A DNA stretch of 64,000 nucleotides from Paludibacteraceae bacterium (GTDB lineage Bacteria; Bacteroidota; Bacteroidia; Bacteroidales; Paludibacteraceae): positions 4,252 to 68,251 of the forward strand of contig JAZLDS010000002.1 in the NCBI GenBank assembly GCA_045614865.1, written 5' to 3'. The notes under the pieces were generated by a model. It was not told the DNA's origin. It did no database searches and saw only the letters and a program-made list of their open reading frames with translations. The position numbers and the translations under genes were made by a program. Positions 32,592 to 40,572 of the stretch are shown here, piece by piece. Every line of letters begins with the position of its first letter. Position 1 is the stretch's first letter.

Positions 32592-33173
32592 ATGTCATCA
32601 GCAATTGTATTATCCGTAACCAAGTATTCTGATCGAGGTAGTGTAGTACACCTATATACGGCGGAGCATGGGCGTATGCAGTATATGGTGTATGGCAATA
32701 AATACAAGGGCATGTTGGCTCCGTTGTCGATGGTAGAGATTACAGCTTCTCGCAGGAACAACGCTCCGATGCAGATGGGCACATTGTCTTCGGTAGATTG
32801 GCTGTATTTACCTCAACGTTTGGCGGTGGATGTACAGCGCCAATGCGTGGCGATGTTTATGGCAGAAGTGCTGCAGCAGACCCTCCGTCATCCGATGAGT
32901 GACCCCTCGCTATATGCATGGCTCTGCTGGATGATCAAGCGACTGGATCAATCGGACGATATTTGCAATCTTCATTTGGAGTTTCTGTTGGAGTATGCGA
33001 CGTATCTGGGTATAGGTATAGATGATTCGGAGCATTCTGAGTGGTTCTCGCATCCCACTAGTCGTAGCGAGCGTCAGCAACGTCTGCGTGCGCTGGTAGC
33101 TTACTACCGCGAGCATATAGAAGAATTCAACACACCCAAATCCTTGGATGTGTTGATAGAAGTGTTTGATTAA
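32592..33173 (+). CDS. recO: DNA repair protein RecO (short form)
   Basis: N-terminal OB-fold-like AIVLSVTKYSDRGSVVHLYTAEHGRMQY and later FLLEYATYLGIGID resemble RecO. At 193 aa it is shorter than typical. Confidence 0.6.
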   Translation: MSSAIVLSVTKYSDRGSVVHLYTAEHGRMQYMVYGNKYKGMLAPLSMVEITASRRNNAPMQMGTLSSVDWLYLPQRLAVDVQRQCVAMFMAEVLQQTLRHPMSDPSLYAWLCWMIKRLDQSDDICNLHLEFLLEYATYLGIGIDDSEHSEWFSHPTSRSERQQRLRALVAYYREHIEEFNTPKSLDVLIEVFD

Positions 33174-33202
33174 GATGTAAGCCTAGATCTAGGCGAGTAA
33201 AA

Positions 33203-33967
33203 TCAAAGGGTATATACGAATGTGACCATCCATCCCCATTCATGGACCGTTTGTTTGGGCAGTACGGCTGTTTTCAGGATGTTGTTTAATCCGAAATCAT
33301 AGCCCGCTTGGAGTCGGTATTTATCCCATTCAAATCCTCCTCCTACTCCCCATTGTATATTGGTTCGATAGAGTTCGTTGGCAGCATATCGTTCGTAATT
33401 AGAAGTGCGAATGCCTTGTGCTTCCAGCCATTGAGTGGTCAGCTCGGAGGTCTTGTTTTGGATAATGTCGTAGTTGGTTAATCCAATTTGGAGTTGAGGT
33501 CCTGTGTAGAAGAACATGCGTAGTTTTTTCCATAATGTAATATTATAGTACGCGCGCACAGGTATAGTGAGCTGCAGTTGCAATAGGTTATGCTGCAGGA
33601 GGTTAATTTGGGCACTCTCTGCGTTGGTGGTAGCCCAGTGCTGGTTGTTTCGTCCGTATGTGAATGTAGTTAGAGCACCCGTTTGGATGGAGAAATTCTT
33701 TGGTAGGTTGAAATCCACGGTAGCTCCTATTCGGATACCATGTAGGTACATGGATGATGTATCCTGCCTTTGGTTTAGCTGTACGTATCCAGCCTCCACT
33801 CTCCAAGGTGCAGAGAATTGGTACTGCTCTTTGTTAGCATTTTTGCGTGTAGGGTCAAAGAACTCGGTGCTGGCCATTTGTAGGTCTGGCATGTTGGTTC
33901 TAGTATCCTGTGCGTATGCAAAGGTAGTTGCCAACAGGATGATGAGTAGGATATGAATAGTGCGCAT
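33203..33967 (-). CDS. outer-membrane beta-barrel protein (porin/PorT-like family)
   Basis: Signal peptide MRTIHILLIILLATTFAYAQ, alternating beta-strand pattern, and C-terminal aromatic residues (VTFVYTL). Confidence 0.6.
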   Translation of the reverse strand: MRTIHILLIILLATTFAYAQDTRTNMPDLQMASTEFFDPTRKNANKEQYQFSAPWRVEAGYVQLNQRQDTSSMYLHGIRIGATVDFNLPKNFSIQTGALTTFTYGRNNQHWATTNAESAQINLLQHNLLQLQLTIPVRAYYNITLWKKLRMFFYTGPQLQIGLTNYDIIQNKTSELTTQWLEAQGIRTSNYERYAANELYRTNIQWGVGGGFEWDKYRLQAGYDFGLNNILKTAVLPKQTVHEWGWMVTFVYTL

Positions 33968-33996
33968 TTTTATTGTTTATTGTCAAATTTAGGGCA

Positions 33997-34004
33997 CAAA
34001 GGTA
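33997..34004 (-). promoter_or_regulatory. -7 box TACCTTTG (OM beta-barrel gene)
   Basis: TAnnTTTG match about 30 nt upstream of ATG 33967. Confidence 0.6.
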
Positions 34005-34087
34005 GTAATTTTAGGCGAAATATGCAATTTTTTTGTAAAAAATATGCTTTTTCTCTCAAAAAATTTGCACAATTAAAAAAAAGATAG

Positions 34088-34095
34088 TACCTTTG
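34088..34095 (+). promoter_or_regulatory. -7 box TACCTTTG (tRNA-Glu / rpsT)
   Basis: TAnnTTTG followed by CAGCCGATTT, as at the other tRNA promoters. About 30 nt upstream of the tRNA. Confidence 0.7.
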
Positions 34096-34125
34096 CAGCC
34101 GATTTTCGCCCATAGTGGAGAAAAA

Positions 34126-34198
34126 GGTGCCATCGTCTATCGGTTAGGACAAGAGATTTTCATTCTCTAAAGCGGGGTTCGATTCCCCGTGGCACTAC
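34126..34198 (+). tRNA. tRNA-Glu (TTC)
   Basis: Acceptor GGTGCCA/TGGCACT, anticodon arm AGAGA-TTTTCAT-TCTCT, T-arm GGGGT-TCGATTC-CCCGT region. Confidence 0.9.
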
Positions 34199-34243
34199 AA
34201 TTAACAAGAAAGTATAACAACAAAATTACATTAGATTAAAGAG

Positions 34244-34495
34244 ATGGCAAATCATAAATCATCTTTGAAGCGTATTCGCCAAACGGCTACTCGTAAGGCT
34301 CACAACCACTACTATGCAAAGACTACTCGCAACGCAGTTCGCGTATTGCGTGCTACTACTGACAAGGCAGCTGCTGAGGCTCTCTTGCCAAAGGTAAGTT
34401 CTATGTTGGATAAATTGGCAAAGAAGAATATTATCCATCGCAACAAAGCTGCAAACTTGAAATCAAGTTTGGCTTTGCACACCAACGCTCTCTAA
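34244..34495 (+). CDS. rpsT: 30S ribosomal protein S20
   Basis: [13 protein letters not shown]... is the canonical S20 N-terminus; 83 aa. Confidence 0.95.
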   Translation: MANHKSSLKRIRQTATRKAHNHYYAKTTRNAVRVLRATTDKAAAEALLPKVSSMLDKLAKKNIIHRNKAANLKSSLALHTNAL

Positions 34496-34571
34496 GAAAT
34501 TAAGCACAACCACAATATAGTGGGGCTACCGAATGGTAGCCCCTTTTGTGCATAAGTATGTTTGCTGTGAT

Positions 34572-35384
34572 TTATGATTGCAGGTATTCTGTGATGGCTG
34601 TCTGGTTGAACAGGTCTCTTTCTTTGTCGCAGAACCATCCCCATTTATTGAAGTATCGACACATGTTGATCGCATGTATCCAGAACATCTTGATTGATTT
34701 GTAAGATGCTTTCTCGTGATTATGTATGATCGTAGCATGTGGGAAATAGACAGTCAGATAATCTCGATGGATGCGTCGTGTGAGATCCATATCTTCTGGG
34801 TACATGAAAAATTGCTCGTCAAAGAGTCTAGCCTGTTGTACCGCTTTTGTTCGCAGCAGCATGAAGCATCCGCTAAGATATGGGATATTCATGATTTGGT
34901 TGTATCCAGAATCTCTCATTTCGTAGCGTCGGTTGCGTTTGTAGAACCACTGTTTAGGCAAGAACCTTCGGGTAATCACATCTAGGGGGGTAGGTAGTAG
35001 TTTGCAGAGGTATTGCTGTGTACCATCTGGATAAAGCACTCTCGGCATGAGGCATCCTACTCGGTGTTGTTGCTGAATAAATTGTAGCATTGTATCTAGC
35101 GCTTCCAAGGTGAGTGTGATATCAGGGTTGATAACCAGATGGAAGGGGATATCGTGGTAGATACTCTCTCGGATGGCGATATTGTGTGCTGCACCATATC
35201 CTAGATTGTGATTGTTGTAGTGATATTCTATACGTTCTGATAGTTGTGGTGGTTGGGTAGTAGGCGTAGGCGAGTTGTCAATCCAGTAGATTCGATTGAC
35301 GTCATTCGATTGGAGCAGCGTTTGGGTTAAAAGTGTGATTTGCTGCCAATCGGGTTGATATAGAACAATGGAAACGTTGAGCAT
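34572..35384 (-). CDS. glycosyltransferase family 2
   Basis: 270-aa ORF. The N-terminal VSIVLYQ..IDNSP and YGAAHN region is typical of GT2. It overlaps the upstream gene by 1 nt. Confidence 0.8.
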   Translation of the reverse strand: MLNVSIVLYQPDWQQITLLTQTLLQSNDVNRIYWIDNSPTPTTQPPQLSERIEYHYNNHNLGYGAAHNIAIRESIYHDIPFHLVINPDITLTLEALDTMLQFIQQQHRVGCLMPRVLYPDGTQQYLCKLLPTPLDVITRRFLPKQWFYKRNRRYEMRDSGYNQIMNIPYLSGCFMLLRTKAVQQARLFDEQFFMYPEDMDLTRRIHRDYLTVYFPHATIIHNHEKASYKSIKMFWIHAINMCRYFNKWGWFCDKERDLFNQTAITEYLQS

Positions 35385-36511
35385 TATTCTTTATTTTCTA
35401 TCAAAAAATGTTCTCGTAATGTATTTTTATAGATATCAATAGTCTTCTTCTCGTCAAAGTTCTTCAGCACATGCTCTCTACCTCTTTTTCCGAATTTATC
35501 TCTTTCTTCTTGTGGTAATGCAAGGATATGCATCATACACATGACGAGGCTCTTGGTATCTTGTACTTCGCAGAGGAATCCGTTGTGTCCATCAATAACG
35601 ATCTCTCGGCACCCTGGTACATCGGTGGCAATGATAGGTCGTTCCATGGATGCGGCTTCTAGAAGTACGCGTGAAACGCCTTCTCGGTATGAAGGGAGTA
35701 CGATGCAGTGAGCTTGTTCGATATATGGTAATACGTTGGATGTTTCGCCAATGTATTTGATAGCTCGTGTGCGTTCCCATTCTTCCATTTGTTGGATGCT
35801 GACACATGCAGGATTGTTGGCACCGAGCTGTCCAAGGATTTTGAACTGAACTTTAGGGTGTTGCTTCTTGATTACTCGTGCAGCCTCTACATATTCTCCT
35901 ACTCCTTTATCCCATAGAACACGTCCAACGAAGAGGAAAGTAAATGGGCATGATGAAGGTTTGATGGTTGTTTTATAGTGGCTGACATTTACGCCTTCTC
36001 CATAGATGAGTCGAGATTTGAAGTGTGCGACTAGGTTTTGCTCAATGAACAGTGTTTTGTCTTCCTGGTTGAGAAACCACACTTCGTTGGCAGATTTGAG
36101 CGCTAGTTTATACAGGAATCGAGCTATTCGGTTGACCCATCCTTTGCGGATAAAAGTGTATCCTAATCCAGTGATAACGGATATTTGTGGGATACGAACG
36201 CTTCGAGCTGCCCATGATCCGTAGATGACAGGTTTGATCGTGAAATGAAAGATGAAGTCAAAGCGCTCTTGCTGGTATATTTTTTTGAGTGTTTTAACCA
36301 CTTGCATATCCACAATAGGGTTCATTCCTTTGCAGTCCATTTCTATGGGAATGAGTCGTATTTGTGCTTGTTTGAGGGCTGTGATATCGCTATCTTTAGG
36401 AGCGATAACTACGACTTCATATCCCTCTCGCACGAGTTCAGACATTACTCCCATGCGGAAGTTGCACATGGTTTGTAAACTATTTCCTACGAATGCTATT
36501 TTTTTTGCCAT
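35384..36511 (-). CDS. glycosyltransferase family 4 (GT-B, group 1)
   Basis: 375-aa ORF. C-terminal LPSYREGVSRVLLEAASMERPIIATDVPGCRE (E-x7-E region). Confidence 0.85.
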   Translation of the reverse strand: MAKKIAFVGNSLQTMCNFRMGVMSELVREGYEVVVIAPKDSDITALKQAQIRLIPIEMDCKGMNPIVDMQVVKTLKKIYQQERFDFIFHFTIKPVIYGSWAARSVRIPQISVITGLGYTFIRKGWVNRIARFLYKLALKSANEVWFLNQEDKTLFIEQNLVAHFKSRLIYGEGVNVSHYKTTIKPSSCPFTFLFVGRVLWDKGVGEYVEAARVIKKQHPKVQFKILGQLGANNPACVSIQQMEEWERTRAIKYIGETSNVLPYIEQAHCIVLPSYREGVSRVLLEAASMERPIIATDVPGCREIVIDGHNGFLCEVQDTKSLVMCMMHILALPQEERDKFGKRGREHVLKNFDEKKTIDIYKNTLREHFLIENKE

Positions 36512-36516
36512 GGTAT

Positions 36517-37629
36517 TTAGATTGAATCAATAATTTCTTGTGTTTTTTTGCCAGTTATCTCCCAACTATAGTGTGTAAGTTGTTGTGTTTGCTTGGCGAT
36601 TAATGTGTCATGATTATCATTTTTCATGCATTGTACCAATTTGTCTGCGATATCATTCACATCATATGGATCAAAGTATATGGCTGCATCGCCTGCCACT
36701 TCTGGCAGTGATGCTTGGTTGCTGAGCAACAGCGGTATCTTATAGAAGAAAGCTTCTAGTACCGGTATTCCAAACCCCTCACTAAGTGATGGGAAAATAA
36801 ATGCTTTGGCGTTGCGGAAGTAGCTGTTGAGCTGTTGGTCGCTTACCCATCCCGTGAGATGTATTGTTTTTTTGTCGTGGTTGAGATCTTGGATCTCCTG
36901 TAATTGTTCAGGTCTGAACATCTTGGTGTTACCCACGATGACTACTCCCGTACCATCTGGTATCTGGTGTTGGCTCTGTTTGACAGCTGCCACCAGTCTT
37001 GATAGATTCTTATGGCCTCGTGAGCTACCCACGTATAGGATATATTGCTTGAACCCAGTTTCCACAGCGGGAGTATCTGCTACAGCATTTCTGAGTAGGT
37101 GTTCCCAGCCCTCGTGTATGACTTGGATCTTGTGTGCGAATTGCTGGCCATGGTATTTTAGGATCTCTTGTCGTGTATAATTGGAAACAGCCACCACCTT
37201 CTTCGCCATGCGTAATCCTATGCGAACGACACAACGGAGATAGTATTTTTTTAGCCATGCTAATCGTCCTAGTTGCTCAGGGAATTGTTCGTAGATTAAG
37301 TCATGAATAACGTATAATGAAGGTAGTCGCAATGCCAATGGAAACTGATTGCTAGGGATGTAGGCTGCATCAAATTGCTTGTGCTGGCTCAGGTAGCGCG
37401 CAAATTGCAGGTCTCTAATAGGTCCGATAGGGGAGATGTTAGCCTCTTCTATTTCAATGCCCTTAGCCAATAGCAGTTGTGCATACTCAGTTGGACACTC
37501 GTTCGGACGCATCAGTAAGGTATAGTGGGTAGTAGATGTGTCCAGACGTAGCACTACATTAAGAATGTATTGCGTCAGTCCGTCAATATGTCGAGAAACG
37601 GGCGTTCCGTCTATGAGTATATGTTTCAT
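36517..37629 (-). CDS. glycosyltransferase family 4 (GT-B, group 1)
   Basis: FPSLSEGFGIPVLEAFFYKIPLLLSN motif. ATG 37629 forms an ATGA overlap with the upstream stop; the ORF-track start 37647 is GTG. Confidence 0.85.
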   Translation of the reverse strand: MKHILIDGTPVSRHIDGLTQYILNVVLRLDTSTTHYTLLMRPNECPTEYAQLLLAKGIEIEEANISPIGPIRDLQFARYLSQHKQFDAAYIPSNQFPLALRLPSLYVIHDLIYEQFPEQLGRLAWLKKYYLRCVVRIGLRMAKKVVAVSNYTRQEILKYHGQQFAHKIQVIHEGWEHLLRNAVADTPAVETGFKQYILYVGSSRGHKNLSRLVAAVKQSQHQIPDGTGVVIVGNTKMFRPEQLQEIQDLNHDKKTIHLTGWVSDQQLNSYFRNAKAFIFPSLSEGFGIPVLEAFFYKIPLLLSNQASLPEVAGDAAIYFDPYDVNDIADKLVQCMKNDNHDTLIAKQTQQLTHYSWEITGKKTQEIIDSI

Positions 37630-38534
37630 ATATATCGTCTTAAGCACATCTTGATAAGTAGCAAGATGGTGGAGTCAAATAACTGAAATTGGTATTGTAT
37701 GATATGTATTGTGCGTGTAATGCAATTCTGCTTTGGCATATCTAGGAAGGCTTCTATGAGCATTTTATCCGTTGCGGAAATTCTGGAAGAGAAATGTTCG
37801 TAGAAAGCTTTAAGTCCATCGTAATGCTGTTTACTAACCAGTCGAACGTGTCGATTTTGCCACATGAGGGCAATTTTTTTAGCGATGCTGCCAGGTGCAT
37901 TTCCCGTTACATTATGTTCGTGCTGACGATAATACATCAGTGGTTCGTGTAGGTAGTGTACCTGTCCAAAGCATATTCCAGCCAACAATAATACATGATC
38001 GTGCATTGCGTAGAATGACAATGGTTGGTTGACTATTTCGCACATTGCTCGGTTGAATATTGCAGCAGCTCCTTGGATACCGGTGTTTAGGAATAATGTT
38101 TGACGGATTGTAGTAGGGTAGGTCAGGGTATTTTTATTGGATATGATTCCCACTTCAGGATTCCATAAAAATGCATTGGAATATAGTACCTGCGGTATCG
38201 TCTGATCGTATGACTCAATAGCGCGTAGCATTTTTTCCACTTTGTTAGGAAGCCATACATCATCTTGGTCGCAGAACATGCAATAGGGAGCTGTAGTGTC
38301 GCGGAGAAGATGGATGAAATTCCGCGCTACTCCCAGATGCTGCACGTTGTCCTCTATCAGCATGATTCGGCTATCTTCTTGCGCGAGGCGATGTAGGATA
38401 TCTATGGTGGAATCAGTAGAGCCGTCGTCGTGAATGAGCAAATGCCAATCTGTAAAAGACTGCTGGATGATGCTACGTATTTGTTCCTCTACAAATGCTT
38501 CACCATTATATGTTGCCATCAAGATATCAATCAT
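37626..38534 (-). CDS. glycosyltransferase family 2
   Basis: IDILMATYNGEAFVEEQIRSI..DDGSTD..CDQDDVW are classic GT2 motifs. Confidence 0.85.
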   Translation of the reverse strand: MIDILMATYNGEAFVEEQIRSIIQQSFTDWHLLIHDDGSTDSTIDILHRLAQEDSRIMLIEDNVQHLGVARNFIHLLRDTTAPYCMFCDQDDVWLPNKVEKMLRAIESYDQTIPQVLYSNAFLWNPEVGIISNKNTLTYPTTIRQTLFLNTGIQGAAAIFNRAMCEIVNQPLSFYAMHDHVLLLAGICFGQVHYLHEPLMYYRQHEHNVTGNAPGSIAKKIALMWQNRHVRLVSKQHYDGLKAFYEHFSSRISATDKMLIEAFLDMPKQNCITRTIHIIQYQFQLFDSTILLLIKMCLRRYI

Positions 38535-39717
38535 TGCGTTTTATGAGATTGGAAAAAAGATTGTACTTGCTGATAATAAAAGGGATGATTGCAGCTACAA
38601 GGTATTGGATGTTTTGGGATAAGACCGTGAAGAACGTGTCTCCAATAAATTGCATGACAATTGTTCCAGCCAAGATGGCATATAGCACCAGGGAGAAGTG
38701 GCTATTATCTTCTGCCGTCTTGAATAGATATCCGAAAATGAGACCTAAGATGACGGCAAAGATCATTACTCCGTTTTTGCCAAAATCCTTGTAGAAAGGA
38801 TATAAGGTGGTATAGGTGTTAGAACCAAAGACGAATTCTCCCACTTCTACGCGTTTGAAGTCCAAGATTGGATCAACAGGTTTGGTACGACCTCCATCGA
38901 GTGAAGATTTGACGGCGTAGAACAATCGGAACGTGTTCTCTCCAAAATGTTCTGCTGTTTCAGGCTGTAGGTTGGTGTTGAGATTTCCCATACTGCTGGT
39001 TAGATATAGAGCCGCAAATTTTTTAGGAGTAGTATATGATCCACGGATGGTTTGAATACCGATAAAAAGAAATAAGAGTAGTACGCCTCCGATAGCTAGG
39101 TGCCATAGCTTGATGATTTTTTGTTGCGTCAGTATGATAGCGGAAGCCAAGAAAAGAATCATAAAGTTCATCTTTCCCATGGATATAAAGGCGTAGAACA
39201 AATTGATGAAAAACAGCAGGATAACTCGACCGATATTGTTTTTGCTGATCACCTGTAGCTCGATAAGATAGCTAATCATCCAGAATATGACGAAGAACCC
39301 GGTAGTTCGAATGCCGTTTGTTTCTGATACATTGGCATCTCGTAGCGCACTAAACGGATTACCACCACTTCTTGCAATTACCCATACGACAGATAGAATC
39401 ATCAAAGGCAGCGTGGCTAGTGAGAAATAGTAGTAGATATCTCGTGCAGTAACGCTAGTGGTTACATCCTTAAAAATAGGCTTGATATATACAGACTGTA
39501 CGCACCATGCTGGTAGGCAGAAGCATGTGAGCCATGATGTGATGATCGTGCATGTATGGTTGGTCAATGGGTGTAATCCATGATCGATCCACGCATATGC
39601 AATCAGACTAACTAACCATACGCCTGTGGCCAATACCGTAGGAGCGTACCAACGACGTCGTGAAAAGACGAGGCTAAAGGTAAATAGTAGTGAACTTATG
39701 ATGATTAGTTTTGTCAT
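38527..39717 (-). CDS. Wzy/EpsG-like polysaccharide polymerase (polytopic membrane protein)
   Basis: 396-aa ORF with about 10 hydrophobic helices. It is the first gene of the glycosyltransferase operon, with a TACCTTTG box upstream. Confidence 0.6.
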   Translation of the reverse strand: MTKLIIISSLLFTFSLVFSRRRWYAPTVLATGVWLVSLIAYAWIDHGLHPLTNHTCTIITSWLTCFCLPAWCVQSVYIKPIFKDVTTSVTARDIYYYFSLATLPLMILSVVWVIARSGGNPFSALRDANVSETNGIRTTGFFVIFWMISYLIELQVISKNNIGRVILLFFINLFYAFISMGKMNFMILFLASAIILTQQKIIKLWHLAIGGVLLLFLFIGIQTIRGSYTTPKKFAALYLTSSMGNLNTNLQPETAEHFGENTFRLFYAVKSSLDGGRTKPVDPILDFKRVEVGEFVFGSNTYTTLYPFYKDFGKNGVMIFAVILGLIFGYLFKTAEDNSHFSLVLYAILAGTIVMQFIGDTFFTVLSQNIQYLVAAIIPFIISKYNLFSNLIKRND

Positions 39718-39746
39718 GATATTCTCGGTTCATCCCAAATAGCCTA

Positions 39747-39754
39747 CAAAGGTA
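39747..39754 (-). promoter_or_regulatory. -7 box TACCTTTG (Wzy/glycosyltransferase operon)
   Basis: TAnnTTTG match about 30 nt upstream of ATG 39717. Confidence 0.6.
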
Positions 39755-39773
39755 ATGCTTTTTTTTTACATAC

Positions 39774-39816
39774 ACAAAAAAAAGAGCTCAAAACATAGTT
39801 TTGAACTCTTTTTCCT
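39774..39816 (-). terminator. terminator of rpsP
   Basis: 12-bp stem AGAGCTCAAAAC/GTTTTGAACTCT (one mismatch), flanked by A and T runs. Confidence 0.7.
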
Positions 39817-39835
39817 TCGTAATTCTGTACAATAA

Positions 39836-40375
39836 TTACTCAGCTGTTGCCTCTGTCTCAGCAGCAGCTGCCTCTTGAGCAGCCTCTACTGCAGCAGCAG
39901 CGAGTGCATCAGCAGCTTCTTGGCGTTTTTTAGCTACCTCAGCAGCCTTAGCCTTGTTAGTCTCAACTTCTTGAGCGAGAAGAGCAGCAGCTACAGCAGC
40001 TTTCTTGTCTGCCTCAGCTTGGCTAATCTTACCTGCCTTAGCATCTTTTTGAGCCTTCCATGCATCAAAACGCTTTTGAGCCTCTTCTGCAGAGAAAGCA
40101 CCCTTAGCTACACCACCATTCAAGTGCTTCATCAGCATAACGCCCTCACCAGAGAGGATGTTGCGAACAGTGTCAGTAGGTTGAGCACCAACGTTTACCC
40201 AGTACAAAGCGCGATCAAACTTAAGATCTACTTTAGCAGGGTTGTTGTTTGGGTTGTAAGAACCAATACGCTCAATAATTTTGCCATCACGTGGCGAACG
40301 GCTGTCTGCTACTACGATGTGATAGTAAGCGTAGTCTTTGTGACCGTGACGAGCCAAACGAATTTTTGTTGCCAT
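39836..40375 (-). CDS. rpsP: 30S ribosomal protein S16 with Ala/Lys/Glu-rich C-terminal extension
   Basis: [32 protein letters not shown] is canonical S16. About 90 extra low-complexity residues sit at the C-terminus. ATG 40375 is preferred over 40387. Confidence 0.9.
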   Translation of the reverse strand: MATKIRLARHGHKDYAYYHIVVADSRSPRDGKIIERIGSYNPNNNPAKVDLKFDRALYWVNVGAQPTDTVRNILSGEGVMLMKHLNGGVAKGAFSAEEAQKRFDAWKAQKDAKAGKISQAEADKKAAVAAALLAQEVETNKAKAAEVAKKRQEAADALAAAAVEAAQEAAAAETEATAE

Positions 40376-40465
40376 TTGTTTTGTCATTTGTGGACTACAA
40401 CTGCACGAGTTGCATGTCCGGGTTAATAATTATTTAATGGTATGCTTTTTTCACGAAAAAGCGTG

Positions 40466-40473
40466 CAAAGGTA
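40466..40473 (-). promoter_or_regulatory. -7 box TACCTTTG (rpsP)
   Basis: TAnnTTTG match about 90 nt upstream of ATG 40375. The leader contains two short hairpins. Confidence 0.6.
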
Positions 40474-40572
40474 CTGCTTTTATTTTATTTGTGCAAATTT
40501 TTATCTAAATTTATTACAACTATTTAGAAAAAAACACAGATTTATGCGTGTTTTATCTTGCGGAGAGAAGTA

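Noticed and set aside
32298-33173. The small membrane ORF plus short RecO as a fused or frameshifted gene
   Set aside because: The two are in different frames and are separated by in-frame stops (TGA TAA at 32574-32579). RecO-like similarity starts right at the 32592 ATG.
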